From sequence record LT960607: a DNA stretch of 5,538 nucleotides; one strand, written 5' to 3'. The position numbers and the translations under genes are program-made. The notes beneath the pieces were generated by a model. The model saw only the letters and a list, made by a program, of their open reading frames with translations, had not been told where the DNA came from and did no database searches. Source of the stretch: Escherichia phage SECphi17. Below are positions 1-5,538 of this stretch, piece after piece. Every line of letters starts with the position of its first letter. Position 1 is the stretch's first letter.

Positions 1-1377
1 GATACATTCACCCTGGACGATATCATTTCCGGTAAACCAATCCCTGAAACTGCCCCTGATGAATTTCGCCTCTCCGATGAAATCGGTGAGGACTATCGTC
101 TTACCGTCCTTAAAATTGTCGATGAATTGCAAGAATGTTACGACGTGCTCGGACAACTTGATATTAATAACACTATAGACCACACCACTAAAGGTAACGT
201 CCACTGGAGTATGCTTTATGATAAACCTGTTAACACACATTGGTCACAGCTCGTATCTAAACGACCCCTTAAAGATATCCGCGCCGATTACAACTATGCA
301 AAGGCGAAGGGTATCAAGGATGAATGCTCAAAAATGCTTGAGGAGTCCACTATGAAATCACGACGTGGCTTTACCGTTCAAAGATTGATGAATGCCATGC
401 GCCAGGCCCACACTGATGGCTGGTATGTTGTATTCGACACTCTTACTCTGGCTGATGACCGCATACAGGCTTTCTATGATAATCCCAATGCTCTTCGTGA
501 CTACTTCCGTGATATTGGTCGTATGGTGCTTGCTGCCGAGGGTCGCTCTGCTAATGACTCACACGCCGACTGCTATCAGTATTTTTGTGTTCCAGAGTAT
601 GGCACACAGCACGGTCGTCTACATTTCCATGCAGTGCATCTTATGCGCACACTTCCTTTGGGTTCTTGTGACCCTAACTTCGGTAAGCTGGTACGCACTA
701 ATCGCCAAATAAACTCCTTGCAAAATACATGGCCCTATGGCTATTCTATGCCCATTGCAGTCCGGTACTCCCAAGACGCATTCTCGCGCGCTGGCTGGCT
801 CTGGCCTGTCGACTCAAAGGGTGAACCCCTTAAAGCTACCTCGTATCAGGCTGTCGGTTTCTACGTCGCTAAATACGTTAATAAAAAATCTGATATTGAT
901 CTGGCTGCAAAAGGCCTAGGGAATAAAGAATGGAACGCATCACTCAAGACCAAAATATCTCTACTACCAACCAAACTTTTCAGAATCCGGATGTCCCGCA
1001 ACTTCGGGATGAAGATGTTATCAATGGCGCACCTGACCGCCGAAACATTAATCCAACTGACCCAGCTGGGTTACGACTCGACCCCGTTCAACAACGTCTT
1101 GAGACAGAACGCCAAGAAAGAGCTGAAATCGAGGCTGGCAAAAACATCTGTCGCGACCGTTTTGGCGGCGCAACCTGTAACGACCAATCTGCTAAAATTT
1201 ATGCGCGATTTGACCCGAACAATCGGAGCGTCCAACCTGCAGAATTTTATCGCTTCAATGACGCAGAAATTAACACTCATGGATATTTCTGATGAAACCA
1301 AAAACTACCTTGCTGCTGCAGGAATTACTACATCTTGCTTACGAATTAAATCGAAGTGGACTGCTGGCGGAAAATGA
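1..1377 (+). CDS. A: Replication initiator protein A (rolling-circle HUH endonuclease), 3' portion; 5' end is at 5226 across the circular junction. Full gene is 1635 nt (544 aa).
   Basis: Frame 1 is open from base 1 to TGA at 1375-1377. Translation matches recalled phiX174 protein A over most of its length (e.g. [54 protein letters not shown]). HUH-type motif HFHAVH at 622-639; paired catalytic tyrosines in [10 protein letters not shown] (Tyr codons 862-864 and 874-876). The TTG at 127 in the ORF track is only the first start-like codon, not the real start. Confidence 0.95.
   Translation, partial: DTFTLDDIISGKPIPETAPDEFRLSDEIGEDYRLTVLKIVDELQECYDVLGQLDINNTIDHTTKGNVHWSMLYDKPVNTHWSQLVSKRPLKDIRADYNYAKAKGIKDECSKMLEESTMKSRRGFTVQRLMNAMRQAHTDGWYVVFDTLTLADDRIQAFYDNPNALRDYFRDIGRMVLAAEGRSANDSHADCYQYFCVPEYGTQHGRLHFHAVHLMRTLPLGSCDPNFGKLVRTNRQINSLQNTWPYGYSMPIAVRYSQDAFSRAGWLWPVDSKGEPLKATSYQAVGFYVAKYVNKKSDIDLAAKGLGNKEWNASLKTKISLLPTKLFRIRMSRNFGMKMLSMAHLTAETLIQLTQLGYDSTPFNNVLRQNAKKELKSRLAKTSVATVLAAQPVTTNLLKFMRDLTRTIGASNLQNFIASMTQKLTLMDISDETKNYLAAAGITTSCLRIKSKWTAGGK
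154..183 (+). other. Viral (+)-strand origin of rolling-circle replication: the 30-nt protein A recognition and nicking sequence, inside gene A.
   Basis: CAACTTGATATTAATAACACTATAGACCAC at 154-183 is identical to the conserved 30-nt origin of phiX174-type phages as I recall it. The expected nick is between G160 and A161. Confidence 0.85.
352..1377 (+). CDS. A*: A* protein, from an internal in-frame start of gene A (341 aa).
   Basis: In-frame ATG at 352-354 (MKSRRGF...) preceded by GAGGAG at 340-345. Position and sequence match the recalled phiX174 A* start. Cannot be proven from sequence alone. Confidence 0.6.
   Translation: MKSRRGFTVQRLMNAMRQAHTDGWYVVFDTLTLADDRIQAFYDNPNALRDYFRDIGRMVLAAEGRSANDSHADCYQYFCVPEYGTQHGRLHFHAVHLMRTLPLGSCDPNFGKLVRTNRQINSLQNTWPYGYSMPIAVRYSQDAFSRAGWLWPVDSKGEPLKATSYQAVGFYVAKYVNKKSDIDLAAKGLGNKEWNASLKTKISLLPTKLFRIRMSRNFGMKMLSMAHLTAETLIQLTQLGYDSTPFNNVLRQNAKKELKSRLAKTSVATVLAAQPVTTNLLKFMRDLTRTIGASNLQNFIASMTQKLTLMDISDETKNYLAAAGITTSCLRIKSKWTAGGK
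718..747 (+). promoter_or_regulatory. Candidate sigma70 promoter pB inside gene A: -35 TTGCAA (718-723), -10 TATTCT (742-747), 18-nt spacer.
   Basis: Sequence match to -35/-10 consensus. It is positionally homologous to the recalled phiX174 pB region (TTGCAAAATACGTGGCC...), about 190 nt upstream of B. Not experimentally supported here. Confidence 0.35.
930..1292 (+). CDS. B: Internal scaffolding protein B (120 aa), encoded in an alternate frame entirely within gene A.
   Basis: ATG at 930-932, TGA at 1290-1292. C-terminal half closely matches recalled phiX174 B (EIEAGK..., [32 protein letters not shown]); N-terminal half is divergent. Confidence 0.9.
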   Translation: MERITQDQNISTTNQTFQNPDVPQLRDEDVINGAPDRRNINPTDPAGLRLDPVQQRLETERQERAEIEAGKNICRDRFGGATCNDQSAKIYARFDPNNRSVQPAEFYRFNDAEINTHGYF

Positions 1378-1456
1378 AGAAATTCAATCTTGCATTAAAG
1401 AACTCGAGAGGGTCTTACTTCACAACCTTTCGCCATCAGCTCGCAATAGTCGCTAA
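1292..1456 (+). CDS. K: Protein K (54 aa), overlapping the end of A and the start of C in a third frame.
   Basis: ATG at 1292-1294 overlaps the B stop (TGATG). Hand translation gives [54 protein letters not shown], stop TAA at 1454-1456. Similar to recalled phiX174 K (..[13 protein letters not shown]...). Too short for the supplied ORF track. Confidence 0.8.
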   Translation: MKPKTTLLLQELLHLAYELNRSGLLAENEEIQSCIKELERVLLHNLSPSARNSR

Positions 1457-1634
1457 GACTGATGCTCTTGATGAAGAAAAATGGCTCAATATGCTGGGCA
1501 CTCTTCTTAAGGACTGGTTCCGTTACGAAGAACATTTCGTACATGGCAAACAATCTTTAGTTAACATATTAATCGAGCGGGGGTTAATATCCCCCACACA
1601 AACAACCCGTAACAATAAAGGAAATACCAAATGA
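1374..1634 (+). CDS. C: Protein C (86 aa), DNA maturation / ssDNA synthesis switch.
   Basis: ATG at 1374-1376 overlaps the A stop TGA at 1375-1377 (ATGA). Protein [23 protein letters not shown]...[27 protein letters not shown] matches recalled phiX174 C. The track's GTG at 1356 is an upstream in-frame extension I reject. Confidence 0.9.
   Translation: MKKFNLALKNSRGSYFTTFRHQLAIVAKTDALDEEKWLNMLGTLLKDWFRYEEHFVHGKQSLVNILIERGLISPTQTTRNNKGNTK
1561..1590 (+). promoter_or_regulatory. Candidate sigma70 promoter pD inside gene C: -35 TTAACA (1561-1566), -10 TAATAT (1585-1590), 18-nt spacer.
   Basis: Consensus-like hexamers at the position homologous to recalled phiX174 pD (GTTGACATTTTAAAAGAGCGTGGATTACTAT), upstream of D. 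Confidence 0.4.
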
Positions 1635-2086
1635 ACTCCAACGAATCTGCTGTAGCCTTTCAAACTGCAATTGCTTCTATCAAAATGATTCAAGCCTCAT
1701 CCGTCCTCGACCTCACCGAGGATGACTTCGAATTCTTAACTGGTGACCGTGTCTGGATTGCTACCGACCGTTCTCGCGCTCGCCGTGCTGTGGAGGCCTG
1801 CGTTTATGGCACACTGGACTTTGTCGGGTATCCTCGCTTTCCTGCTCCTGTTGAGTTTATTTCTGCTGTTATCGCTTACTACGTTCATCCGGTCAACATC
1901 CAGACCGCTTGCCTCATCATGGAAGGAGCCGAGTTTACTGAAAACATCGTCAATGGCGTTGAATCCCCAGTTAAGGCTTCCGAACTCTTCGCTTTCGTTC
2001 TCCGTGTCCGCGCTGGCTGTAAAGACGTCCTCGAAGGTGCCGAAGACAACATCCGCGCTAAACTCCGTGCACAAGGAATCATGTAA
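1631..2086 (+). CDS. D: External scaffolding protein D (151 aa).
   Basis: ATG at 1631-1633 overlaps the C stop (ATGA at 1631-1634). Very high similarity to recalled phiX174 D (VWIATDRSRARR.VEACVYGTLDFVGYPRFPAPVEF, VIAYYVHPVNIQTACLIMEGAEFTENI.NGVE). Confidence 0.95.
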   Translation: MNSNESAVAFQTAIASIKMIQASSVLDLTEDDFEFLTGDRVWIATDRSRARRAVEACVYGTLDFVGYPRFPAPVEFISAVIAYYVHPVNIQTACLIMEGAEFTENIVNGVESPVKASELFAFVLRVRAGCKDVLEGAEDNIRAKLRAQGIM

Positions 2087-2093
2087 TGGCTAA
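1806..2093 (+). CDS. E: Lysis protein E homolog (95 aa), encoded in an alternate frame inside D and running 7 nt past the D stop into J. Atypical transmembrane segment (see findings).
   Basis: ATG at 1806-1808 with GGAGG at 1792-1796. Product MAHWTLSGILAFLLLLSLFLLLSLTTFIRSTSRPLASSWK aligns without gaps to recalled phiX174 E (MVRWTLWDTLAFLLLLSLLLPSLLIMFIPSTFKRPVSSWK). Stop TAA at 2091-2093. Confidence 0.75.
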   Translation: MAHWTLSGILAFLLLLSLFLLLSLTTFIRSTSRPLASSWKEPSLLKTSSMALNPQLRLPNSSLSFSVSALAVKTSSKVPKTTSALNSVHKESCNG

Positions 2094-2172
2094 AGGCAAA
2101 TCATATCGTCGCGGCTCCGCTGGCAACAAAAAAGGCTCTCGCCTCTGGTACGTTGGCGGCTCACAATTCTAA
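2086..2172 (+). CDS. J: Small basic DNA-binding (packaging) protein J, 28 aa.
   Basis: ATG at 2086-2088 overlaps the D stop (TAATG). Hand translation MAKGKSYRRGSAGNKKGSRLWYVGGSQF, stop TAA at 2170-2172. Lys/Arg-rich with the conserved RLWYVGG motif of microvirus J proteins. Confidence 0.8.
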   Translation: MAKGKSYRRGSAGNKKGSRLWYVGGSQF

Positions 2173-2179
2173 TCTCTCT

Positions 2180-2193
2180 GGGGCTTCGGCCCC
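2180..2193 (+). terminator. J-F intergenic stem-loop GGGGC-TTCG-GCCCC (weak terminator / mRNA-stabilising hairpin).
   Basis: Perfect 5-bp GC stem with a UUCG tetraloop. The same GGGGCTTCGGCCCC element sits in the J-F spacer of phiX174 as I recall it. No strong U-tract follows, so termination is probably partial. Confidence 0.5.
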
Positions 2194-2209
2194 AATTTAA
2201 GGATATAAA

Positions 2210-3496
2210 ATGTCTAATGTTCAAACTTCCGCTTCTCGCGATGCAATTGATTTATCACATCTGGTCTTCAACACTGGCGCTATTGGTCGTCTTAAAGTCG
2301 CGTCATGGACTCCTGTTATTGCTGGTGATTCTTTCCAGCTTGATGCTGTTGGTGCTTTACGCTTATCCCCTCTGCGTCGTGGCCTGGCTATTGACTCAAC
2401 TGTTGACTACTTCACTTTTTACATTCCACACCGTCATATCTATGGCAATGCATGGATTGAATTTATGAAAACTGGTGTCGCCGCCGCTTCTCTTAACCCT
2501 GTAACCACTGCGGCTTATGTTGACGGTGCTTCTTATCTCGGTGTTATTCCTTCTGCTGACAACAAGGTTCCTAAATTCCTGCACCAAGGCTATCTCAATA
2601 TTTATAATAACTACTTCAAAGCCCCTTGGATGGCTGACCGTACTGAGGCAAACCCATCCAACTTAAATGATGACGACCGTCGTCACGGCTTCCGTTGCTG
2701 TCATTTAAAAAACATCTGGTCTGCGCCTCTTCCTCCTCAAACGGAAATTACCCGCGCTATGACTACTGGCGCTACCTCCATTGATATTATGGGTCTTCAA
2801 GCTGCTTACGCCCAACTTCACACTGACCAAGAACGTGACTACTTCATGCAGCGTTACCGTGACGTTATCTCTTCTTTTGGTGGCAAAACTCACTATGACG
2901 CTGATAACCGTCCTCTTCTGCTTATGCGCTCTAACTTCTGGGCATCTGGCTATGACATTGACGGTACTGACCAAACTTCTTTGGGTCAATTCTCTGGTCG
3001 CGTCCAGCAAACTTTCCGTCACTCTGTTCCTCGCTTCTTCGTGCCTGAACATGGCGTTGTTATGACTCTTCAACTTGTACGCTTCCCGCCTACCTGTACC
3101 GAGGAAACTCACTACCTCGTTGGCAAAGGCGCACTAAGCTATACTGACCTCGCGGGTGACCCTACTCTTTACGGTAACTTACCGCCTCGAGAAATCGAAA
3201 TGAAAAATCTCTTCCGTGGCGCTGCTGGCTCTACTGAAAAAATCAAAATTGCCGAAGGGCAATGGTATCGCTATCATCCTTCTTACGTTGATGGCCAATA
3301 TCACAACCTTAAAGGCTTCCCGTTCATCCTAAACGGCCCAACCGGCAACATGGAAAATCGTGTACTGATTGACCATAAAAAATATGACGAATGCTTCCAG
3401 TCACTTCAATTAACCCATTGGAATGCTCAGGCTAAATACAATGTCACTGTATATCGACACATCCCAACCACTCGTGATAGCATCATGACTTCTTAA
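2210..3496 (+). CDS. F: Major capsid protein F (428 aa).
   Basis: ATG at 2210 with AAGGA at 2199-2203. Long stretches match recalled phiX174 F (LRLSPLRRGLAIDSTVD, HQGYLNIYNNYFKAPWM, GFRCCHLKNIW.APLPP, IDIMGLQAAYA.LHTDQERDYFMQRY, QTSLGQFSGRVQQT, PTTRDSIMTS). Confidence 0.97.
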   Translation: MSNVQTSASRDAIDLSHLVFNTGAIGRLKVASWTPVIAGDSFQLDAVGALRLSPLRRGLAIDSTVDYFTFYIPHRHIYGNAWIEFMKTGVAAASLNPVTTAAYVDGASYLGVIPSADNKVPKFLHQGYLNIYNNYFKAPWMADRTEANPSNLNDDDRRHGFRCCHLKNIWSAPLPPQTEITRAMTTGATSIDIMGLQAAYAQLHTDQERDYFMQRYRDVISSFGGKTHYDADNRPLLLMRSNFWASGYDIDGTDQTSLGQFSGRVQQTFRHSVPRFFVPEHGVVMTLQLVRFPPTCTEETHYLVGKGALSYTDLAGDPTLYGNLPPREIEMKNLFRGAAGSTEKIKIAEGQWYRYHPSYVDGQYHNLKGFPFILNGPTGNMENRVLIDHKKYDECFQSLQLTHWNAQAKYNVTVYRHIPTTRDSIMTS

Positions 3497-3507
3497 AGCC
3501 TATAACG

Positions 3508-3545
3508 TGACAGGGGGAAAAATTTTAATTTTTCGCCCCCTGTCA
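3508..3545 (+). other. F-G intergenic hairpin: 10-bp perfect stem (TGACAGGGGG / CCCCCTGTCA) enclosing an AT-rich loop AAAAATTTTAATTTTTCG. Candidate complementary-strand priming site and/or terminator TF.
   Basis: Inverted repeat 3508-3517 / 3536-3545 read directly from the sequence. The loop is nearly identical to the recalled phiX174 F-G loop (TAAAAATTTTAATTTTTG). Confidence 0.5.
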
Positions 3546-3595
3546 GGTTGAACAAGCGCAAGCGCGTTAGCTGCCTAACTATAAGGACTACTCAA

Positions 3596-4120
3596 ATGTT
3601 CCAGAACTTTGTTACTAAACACAATTCTCCTCAATTTACTACTACTATCACAAAGGCCGTCACTCCTGCCGCGTTGGCTCCTATTATTAATACGCCAACC
3701 GTTGCGCGTGACAATTTCTTTGTGAGCTTAACTACTACCGCCCTAACTTCTCCGGGCGGTATCTCTGCTGTTGTCGCTATCGACAACTCTTCTCATACCG
3801 ACAATCAGGTTATTTCTATTGCTGCCTCTCTTTCTACTACTGGCAGCCTAGTACCTGTTCTTTGTCGGTTTGAATCTGCTACTGTACCAACGGCTATTCC
3901 CGCATCTGCGGTTACTTACTACCCGTTGGGCTTTACATCATCTGCTACCGCTTTGTCTGTCAAGGACTGCGCTACTGTCTCTACTCTTTCCCGCTCTGGC
4001 AATCCTGTTTATGTAGGTATTGTCCTTATTGCGAAATCATTTGTCGCTGATACTGTATACGGCTCTATCTCAATTAATCAGGTTGACCAAGAAATCACAA
4101 CTCTGCAACCTCTCAAATAA
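3596..4120 (+). CDS. G: Major spike protein G (174 aa).
   Basis: ATG at 3596-3598 with AAGGA at 3583-3587. Conserved N-terminus MFQ.F..HNS and C-terminus ..VKDC.T......R..GN.VYVG.......LQPLK relative to recalled phiX174/G4 G; the middle is divergent. The track's TTG at 3548 would start translation inside the intergenic hairpin region and is rejected. Confidence 0.9.
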   Translation: MFQNFVTKHNSPQFTTTITKAVTPAALAPIINTPTVARDNFFVSLTTTALTSPGGISAVVAIDNSSHTDNQVISIAASLSTTGSLVPVLCRFESATVPTAIPASAVTYYPLGFTSSATALSVKDCATVSTLSRSGNPVYVGIVLIAKSFVADTVYGSISINQVDQEITTLQPLK

Positions 4121-4129
4121 GGAATCTCT

Positions 4130-5167
4130 ATGTTTGGTTTAATCGCTGGCGGCATCGCCTCTGCTCTTGCTGGTGGTTTAATGTCCAAATTGATGGGCGG
4201 CAATAAACAAGCCGCCCCCTCAACTCCCGGACAAGGCCTCTTCGCTACTCCTGAAACTACTATCTCTGCTGATAATGCAGGTATTCAATCTGTTATGCAG
4301 GGGCCTAACCCGCCCGGCCCTGACCAAGCGGCTCCTTCATTTACCGAATCTGCCGTCTCCTCATTTAAGGATGTCGGCAAAGGACTTCTCGATGGTACTC
4401 TACAAGCTGGCGGCTCTGCTGTTCAACAAGCTCTTCTTAACAAAATTGGCCTCGGTGGTAAATCTGCTTCTGATAAAGGCGAGGACACTAAGGATTATCT
4501 TGCTGCTGCGTTCCCAGAACTCAACCCGTGGGAACGCGCTGGCGCTGGTGCTTCCTCTGCTGGCATGGTTGACGCAGGTTTTGAGAATCAAAAAGAACTA
4601 ACCAAAATGCAACTTGATAACCAAGTCAAAATCGCTAAGATGCAAAACGACACGCAAAAGGATATTGCTGGTATCCAGTCTGTCACTTCTCGGTTAAATA
4701 CCAAGGATTCTGTGTATGCTCAAAACGAAATGCTCTCATACAATCAAAGAGAATCTATGTCACGCGTTGGCGCTATTCTCGAAAACACAAGCCTCACCAA
4801 ACAACAACAAGTCTCTGAAATTATGCGGCAAATGCTTACTCAGGCTCAGACCGCAGGTCAATATTTTACAAATGACCAAATTCAAGAGCTTACTCGAAAG
4901 GTTGGTGCTGATATTGATGCTGTTCGCGCTAACACTGAGCGCACCAATGTAGAAACAGGCCGCTCCAAACAAGAGCTACAAAACTCACGTTATGCATCTT
5001 CACAGGTCGGTAAAACAGCCAAGGATATCTCAAATGTCATTATTGATGCATCTTCTGGTATTGTTGATTATTTCCGTGGCATTGATAAAGCTGTTGGCGA
5101 CACTTGGAACAATTATTGGAAAGATGGTAAAGCCGACGGAGTAGGCTCCAACATGTCTCGCAAATAG
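4130..5167 (+). CDS. H: DNA pilot / minor spike protein H (345 aa).
   Basis: ATG at 4130 with AAGGA 8 nt upstream. Glycine-rich N-terminus [16 protein letters not shown] and long matches to recalled phiX174 H ([101 protein letters not shown]). Confidence 0.95.
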   Translation: MFGLIAGGIASALAGGLMSKLMGGNKQAAPSTPGQGLFATPETTISADNAGIQSVMQGPNPPGPDQAAPSFTESAVSSFKDVGKGLLDGTLQAGGSAVQQALLNKIGLGGKSASDKGEDTKDYLAAAFPELNPWERAGAGASSAGMVDAGFENQKELTKMQLDNQVKIAKMQNDTQKDIAGIQSVTSRLNTKDSVYAQNEMLSYNQRESMSRVGAILENTSLTKQQQVSEIMRQMLTQAQTAGQYFTNDQIQELTRKVGADIDAVRANTERTNVETGRSKQELQNSRYASSQVGKTAKDISNVIIDASSGIVDYFRGIDKAVGDTWNNYWKDGKADGVGSNMSRK

Positions 5168-5168
5168 T

Positions 5169-5198
5169 TTGACAATCACATCATAAATCCTATCTAAT
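5169..5198 (+). promoter_or_regulatory. Candidate sigma70 promoter pA in the H-A intergenic region: -35 TTGACA (5169-5174), -10 TCTAAT (5193-5198), 18-nt spacer.
   Basis: Perfect -35 hexamer immediately after the H stop and a 5/6 -10 match. Same placement as recalled phiX174 pA. Confidence 0.45.
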
Positions 5199-5220
5199 AG
5201 CCTCCATTAACACGGAGGCT
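5199..5220 (+). other. H-A intergenic hairpin AGCCTCC-ATTAACAC-GGAGGCT, whose 3' arm contains the gene A Shine-Dalgarno sequence.
   Basis: Perfect 7-bp inverted repeat 5199-5205 / 5214-5220. GGAGG at 5214-5218 lies 7 nt before the A ATG at 5226. Homologous in position to recalled phiX174 GCCTCCAAATCTTGGAGGC. Confidence 0.5.
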
Positions 5221-5225
5221 TTAAC

Positions 5226-5538
5226 ATGTCTGTAGAACTCATCAAACCACTTGTAGAAGCTGCTGGCATGTCCACGCTTACACAATCTCCAAACCTCCGC
5301 ATCTGGAAACAAGTAAACACTCGCGTAAAATTACTTGAAGAAATCCTTACTTATTACACAAACGGAATCCGTCGCTGCCCTGACACTCAGGACTTCTACA
5401 TGAATCCAAATTCACAACTTGCAACCACTATTGCCTATCGTGCTCATCAAAAGGGACACAATCCAAAATTCAAACAATACCCTGATACATTCACCCTGGA
5501 CGATATCATTTCCGGTAAACCAATCCCTGAAACTGCCC
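5226..5538 (+). CDS. A: Replication initiator protein A, 5' portion (runs to window end; continues in frame at 1..1377 of the circular genome).
   Basis: ATG at 5226 is the first start after an in-frame TAA at 5208-5210. GGAGG at 5214-5218 sits 7 nt upstream. The frame stays open to the window end, and 5484-5538 is identical to 1-55, joining frame 1 of the A body. Confidence 0.85.
   Translation, partial: MSVELIKPLVEAAGMSTLTQSPNLRIWKQVNTRVKLLEEILTYYTNGIRRCPDTQDFYMNPNSQLATTIAYRAHQKGHNPKFKQYPDTFTLDDIISGKPIPETA
5484..5538. repeat. 55-nt terminal direct repeat identical to bases 1-55: overlap from linearising a circular genome, not a biological repeat.
   Basis: Exact identity of 5484-5538 with 1-55, read directly. 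Gene A reads through the junction in frame. Confidence 0.9.

Noticed and set aside
392-919. Plus-strand alternate-frame ORFs 392..712 and 737..919 inside gene A.
   Set aside because: No similarity to known microvirus overlapping genes (B starts at 930), and hydrophobic low-complexity translations typical of off-frame reading of a coding region. Cannot be excluded absolutely because this family does use overlapping frames.
1356-1373. GTG-initiated upstream extension of C (1356) and GTG-initiated extension of the E frame (1743).
   Set aside because: The canonical ATG starts (1374 for C, overlapping the A stop; 1806 for E, with GGAGG upstream) match the homologous proteins. The extensions are in-frame read-through of overlapping coding sequence.
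2217-3065. Plus-strand alternate-frame ORFs 2217..2468 and 2781..3065 inside gene F.
   Set aside because: Leu/Val-rich off-frame translations with no convincing ribosome-binding site; no known overlapping gene exists within F in this family.
1071-3112. Minus-strand ORFs 1071..1301, 1736..2074, 1885..2082, 2396..2587 and 2705..3112.
   Set aside because: Microvirus genomes are transcribed in one direction only, with all genes on the virion (+) strand. These lie antisense to well-supported genes (A/B, D/E, F) and show no recognisable protein features.
3553-3565. AAGCGCAAGCGCG in the F-G spacer as a separate hairpin or tandem repeat.
   Set aside because: Only a 2x GCGC-type near-repeat with at most a 3-4 bp stem and a 2-nt loop. 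Too weak to call as its own feature; mentioned only under the F-G spacer finding.
3548-3595. TTG-initiated 16-codon N-terminal extension of G (MNKRKRVSCLTIRTTQ) from the ORF track.
   Set aside because: It would start inside the F-G intergenic hairpin region. The conserved G N-terminus MFQ.F begins at ATG 3596, which has its own AAGGA ribosome-binding site.
4275-4952. Plus-strand alternate-frame ORFs 4275..4601 and 4716..4952 inside gene H.
   Set aside because: No Shine-Dalgarno upstream of the ATG at 4275 (CTGCTGATAATG), and no precedent for overlapping genes within H. Most likely chance ORFs.
4400-4972. Minus-strand ORFs 4400..4591 and 4760..4972 antisense to gene H.
   Set aside because: Same reason: antisense to a strongly supported gene in a genome with unidirectional transcription; no start context examined supports them.
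1-5538. Possibility that the window is an integrated prophage, or carries a defence or cargo island.
   Set aside because: No integrase, att sites, flanking host genes, tRNA or unexplained ORF-sized space. The 55-nt terminal identity is explained by circular-genome overlap, and every interval maps to the canonical microvirus gene set.

Overview
The window is one complete, circularly permuted genome of a phiX174/G4-like ssDNA coliphage (Microviridae, Bullavirinae). Unit length is 5483 nt; bases 5484-5538 repeat bases 1-55 exactly, so the window is one genome plus a 55-nt overlap. All eleven canonical genes (A, A*, B, K, C, D, E, J, F, G, H) are on the + strand in the canonical order with the classic overlaps: B inside A, K across the A/C junction, E inside D. 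Gene A spans the window junction (5226..5538 continues at 1..1377). The conserved 30-nt (+)-strand origin lies inside A at 154-183. Every base is accounted for by this layout; I see no cargo gene, defence island, RNA gene, CRISPR array, integrase or insertion sequence, and so no separate undescribed system. What is unusual is in the details: the E lysis protein lacks the proline at the position of phiX174 E Pro21 and carries His3/Phe19; the genome looks mosaic between phiX174-like and G4-like features; and three intergenic hairpins have notable properties. All comparisons to phiX174/G4 are from recalled reference sequences, not a database search, and need alignment to confirm.
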